From Candidatus Heimdallarchaeota archaeon (GTDB lineage Archaea; Asgardarchaeota; Heimdallarchaeia; Heimdallarchaeales; Heimdallarchaeaceae), in the NCBI GenBank assembly GCA_030668825.1, contig DAOVET010000052.1, positions 1 through 16,659 of the forward strand: DNA of 16,659 nucleotides, given 5' to 3'. Shown here one piece after another: positions 16,320-16,659 of this stretch. The notes below the pieces were generated by a model that saw nothing but the letters and a program-made list of their open reading frames with translations, was not told where the DNA came from and did no database searches. Position 1 is the stretch's first letter; each line of letters starts with the position of its first letter. Position numbers and translations under genes: made by a program.

Positions 16320-16659
16320 ATTTAAACTACCTAAATTTAGTTTCACTAAATACGCACTTGTGATGTCTATTCTGTTCATGATCGTAGTTGTGCCTATCTT
16401 CCTAGGTCTTGTAGGTCTAGGTGGATATGGAACAAAATTCAGTATTTATAGTGATAGTTGGGATGGTTTATCTAGTGTGCGTCAAGTGCTTGAAAATGAT
16501 GGTTTTACTAACATTACTAATGGTATGTCTTCTTTGTCTTTGTTGAATAGAGTATATGAACCCGGTGTTTTTGCAATAATCGGACCTGCTACACAATATA
16601 GTACAACTGATACAATCTCGCTAATAACTTTCCTAGCGAGAGGAGGAAGTTTACTAGTT
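16252..16659 (+). CDS. Second DUF4350-domain membrane protein, 5' part only (runs off the window; not in the supplied ORF track)
   Basis: Manual translation is open from TTG 16252 to the window end: MSQQENQPRAKAEQERQSRARTRFKLPKFSFTKYALVMSILFMIVVVPIFLGLVGLGGYGTKFSIYSDSWDGLSSVRQVLENDGF...VFAIIGPATQYSTTDTISLITFLARGGSLLV. FSIY...WDGLS, IIGP and F..RGG.L are DUF4350 hallmarks. Alternative starts are GTG 16360 and ATG 16363. Confidence 0.85.
   Translation, partial: MSQQENQPRAKAEQERQSRARTRFKLPKFSFTKYALVMSILFMIVVVPIFLGLVGLGGYGTKFSIYSDSWDGLSSVRQVLENDGFTNITNGMSSLSLLNRVYEPGVFAIIGPATQYSTTDTISLITFLARGGSLLV
16259..16312 (+). repeat. Imperfect direct repeat, two 24-nt copies at 30-nt period
   Basis: AACAAGAAAACCAACCAAGAGCAA (16259-16282) versus AACAAGAAAGACAATCAAGAGCAA (16289-16312); 21 of 24 positions identical. 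Confidence 0.6.

Noticed and set aside
1-16659. Provirus or mobile element (thyX also occurs in viruses), CRISPR array, tRNA/rRNA, or MoxR-vWA anti-phage conflict system
   Set aside because: No integrase, transposase, capsid, terminal repeats, spaced repeats or GC-rich structured RNA were seen, and no nuclease or toxin effector domain was recognised. The content looks chromosomal and envelope-related.

Overview
AT-rich, gene-dense archaeal-type chromosomal segment. The GGTGA-type Shine-Dalgarno sites and sequon-rich surface proteins point to an archaeon; an Asgard/Heimdall-like origin is plausible but only inferred. Two co-oriented (+) membrane/envelope operons are separated by a reverse-strand thyX. 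Operon A (68-7973) encodes a PrsW-family intramembrane protease fused to zinc ribbons, a Cys4-tailed membrane protein, a membrane-anchored DUF4129 protein, a DUF4350 (GIFT-like) protein, a MoxR AAA+ ATPase, a DUF58 (vWA-like) protein and a membrane protein. Operon B (9184 to window end) encodes a 1013-aa membrane-anchored transglutaminase-like protein with all three catalytic triad positions substituted, a 1215-aa Ig-repeat type I surface protein ending in a cytoplasmic DUF4129, a stand-alone DUF4129, and a second DUF4350 gene that is truncated by the window edge and missing from the ORF track. The most interesting signal is this duplicated envelope-spanning MoxR/DUF58/DUF4350/DUF4129 system with a pseudo-transglutaminase and an intramembrane protease. 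thyX also shows an RHR->RKR signature change, a possible ATT start and two upstream palindromes. No RNA genes, CRISPR arrays or mobile-element genes were recognised. Family calls are from motif recognition by eye, not database searches.
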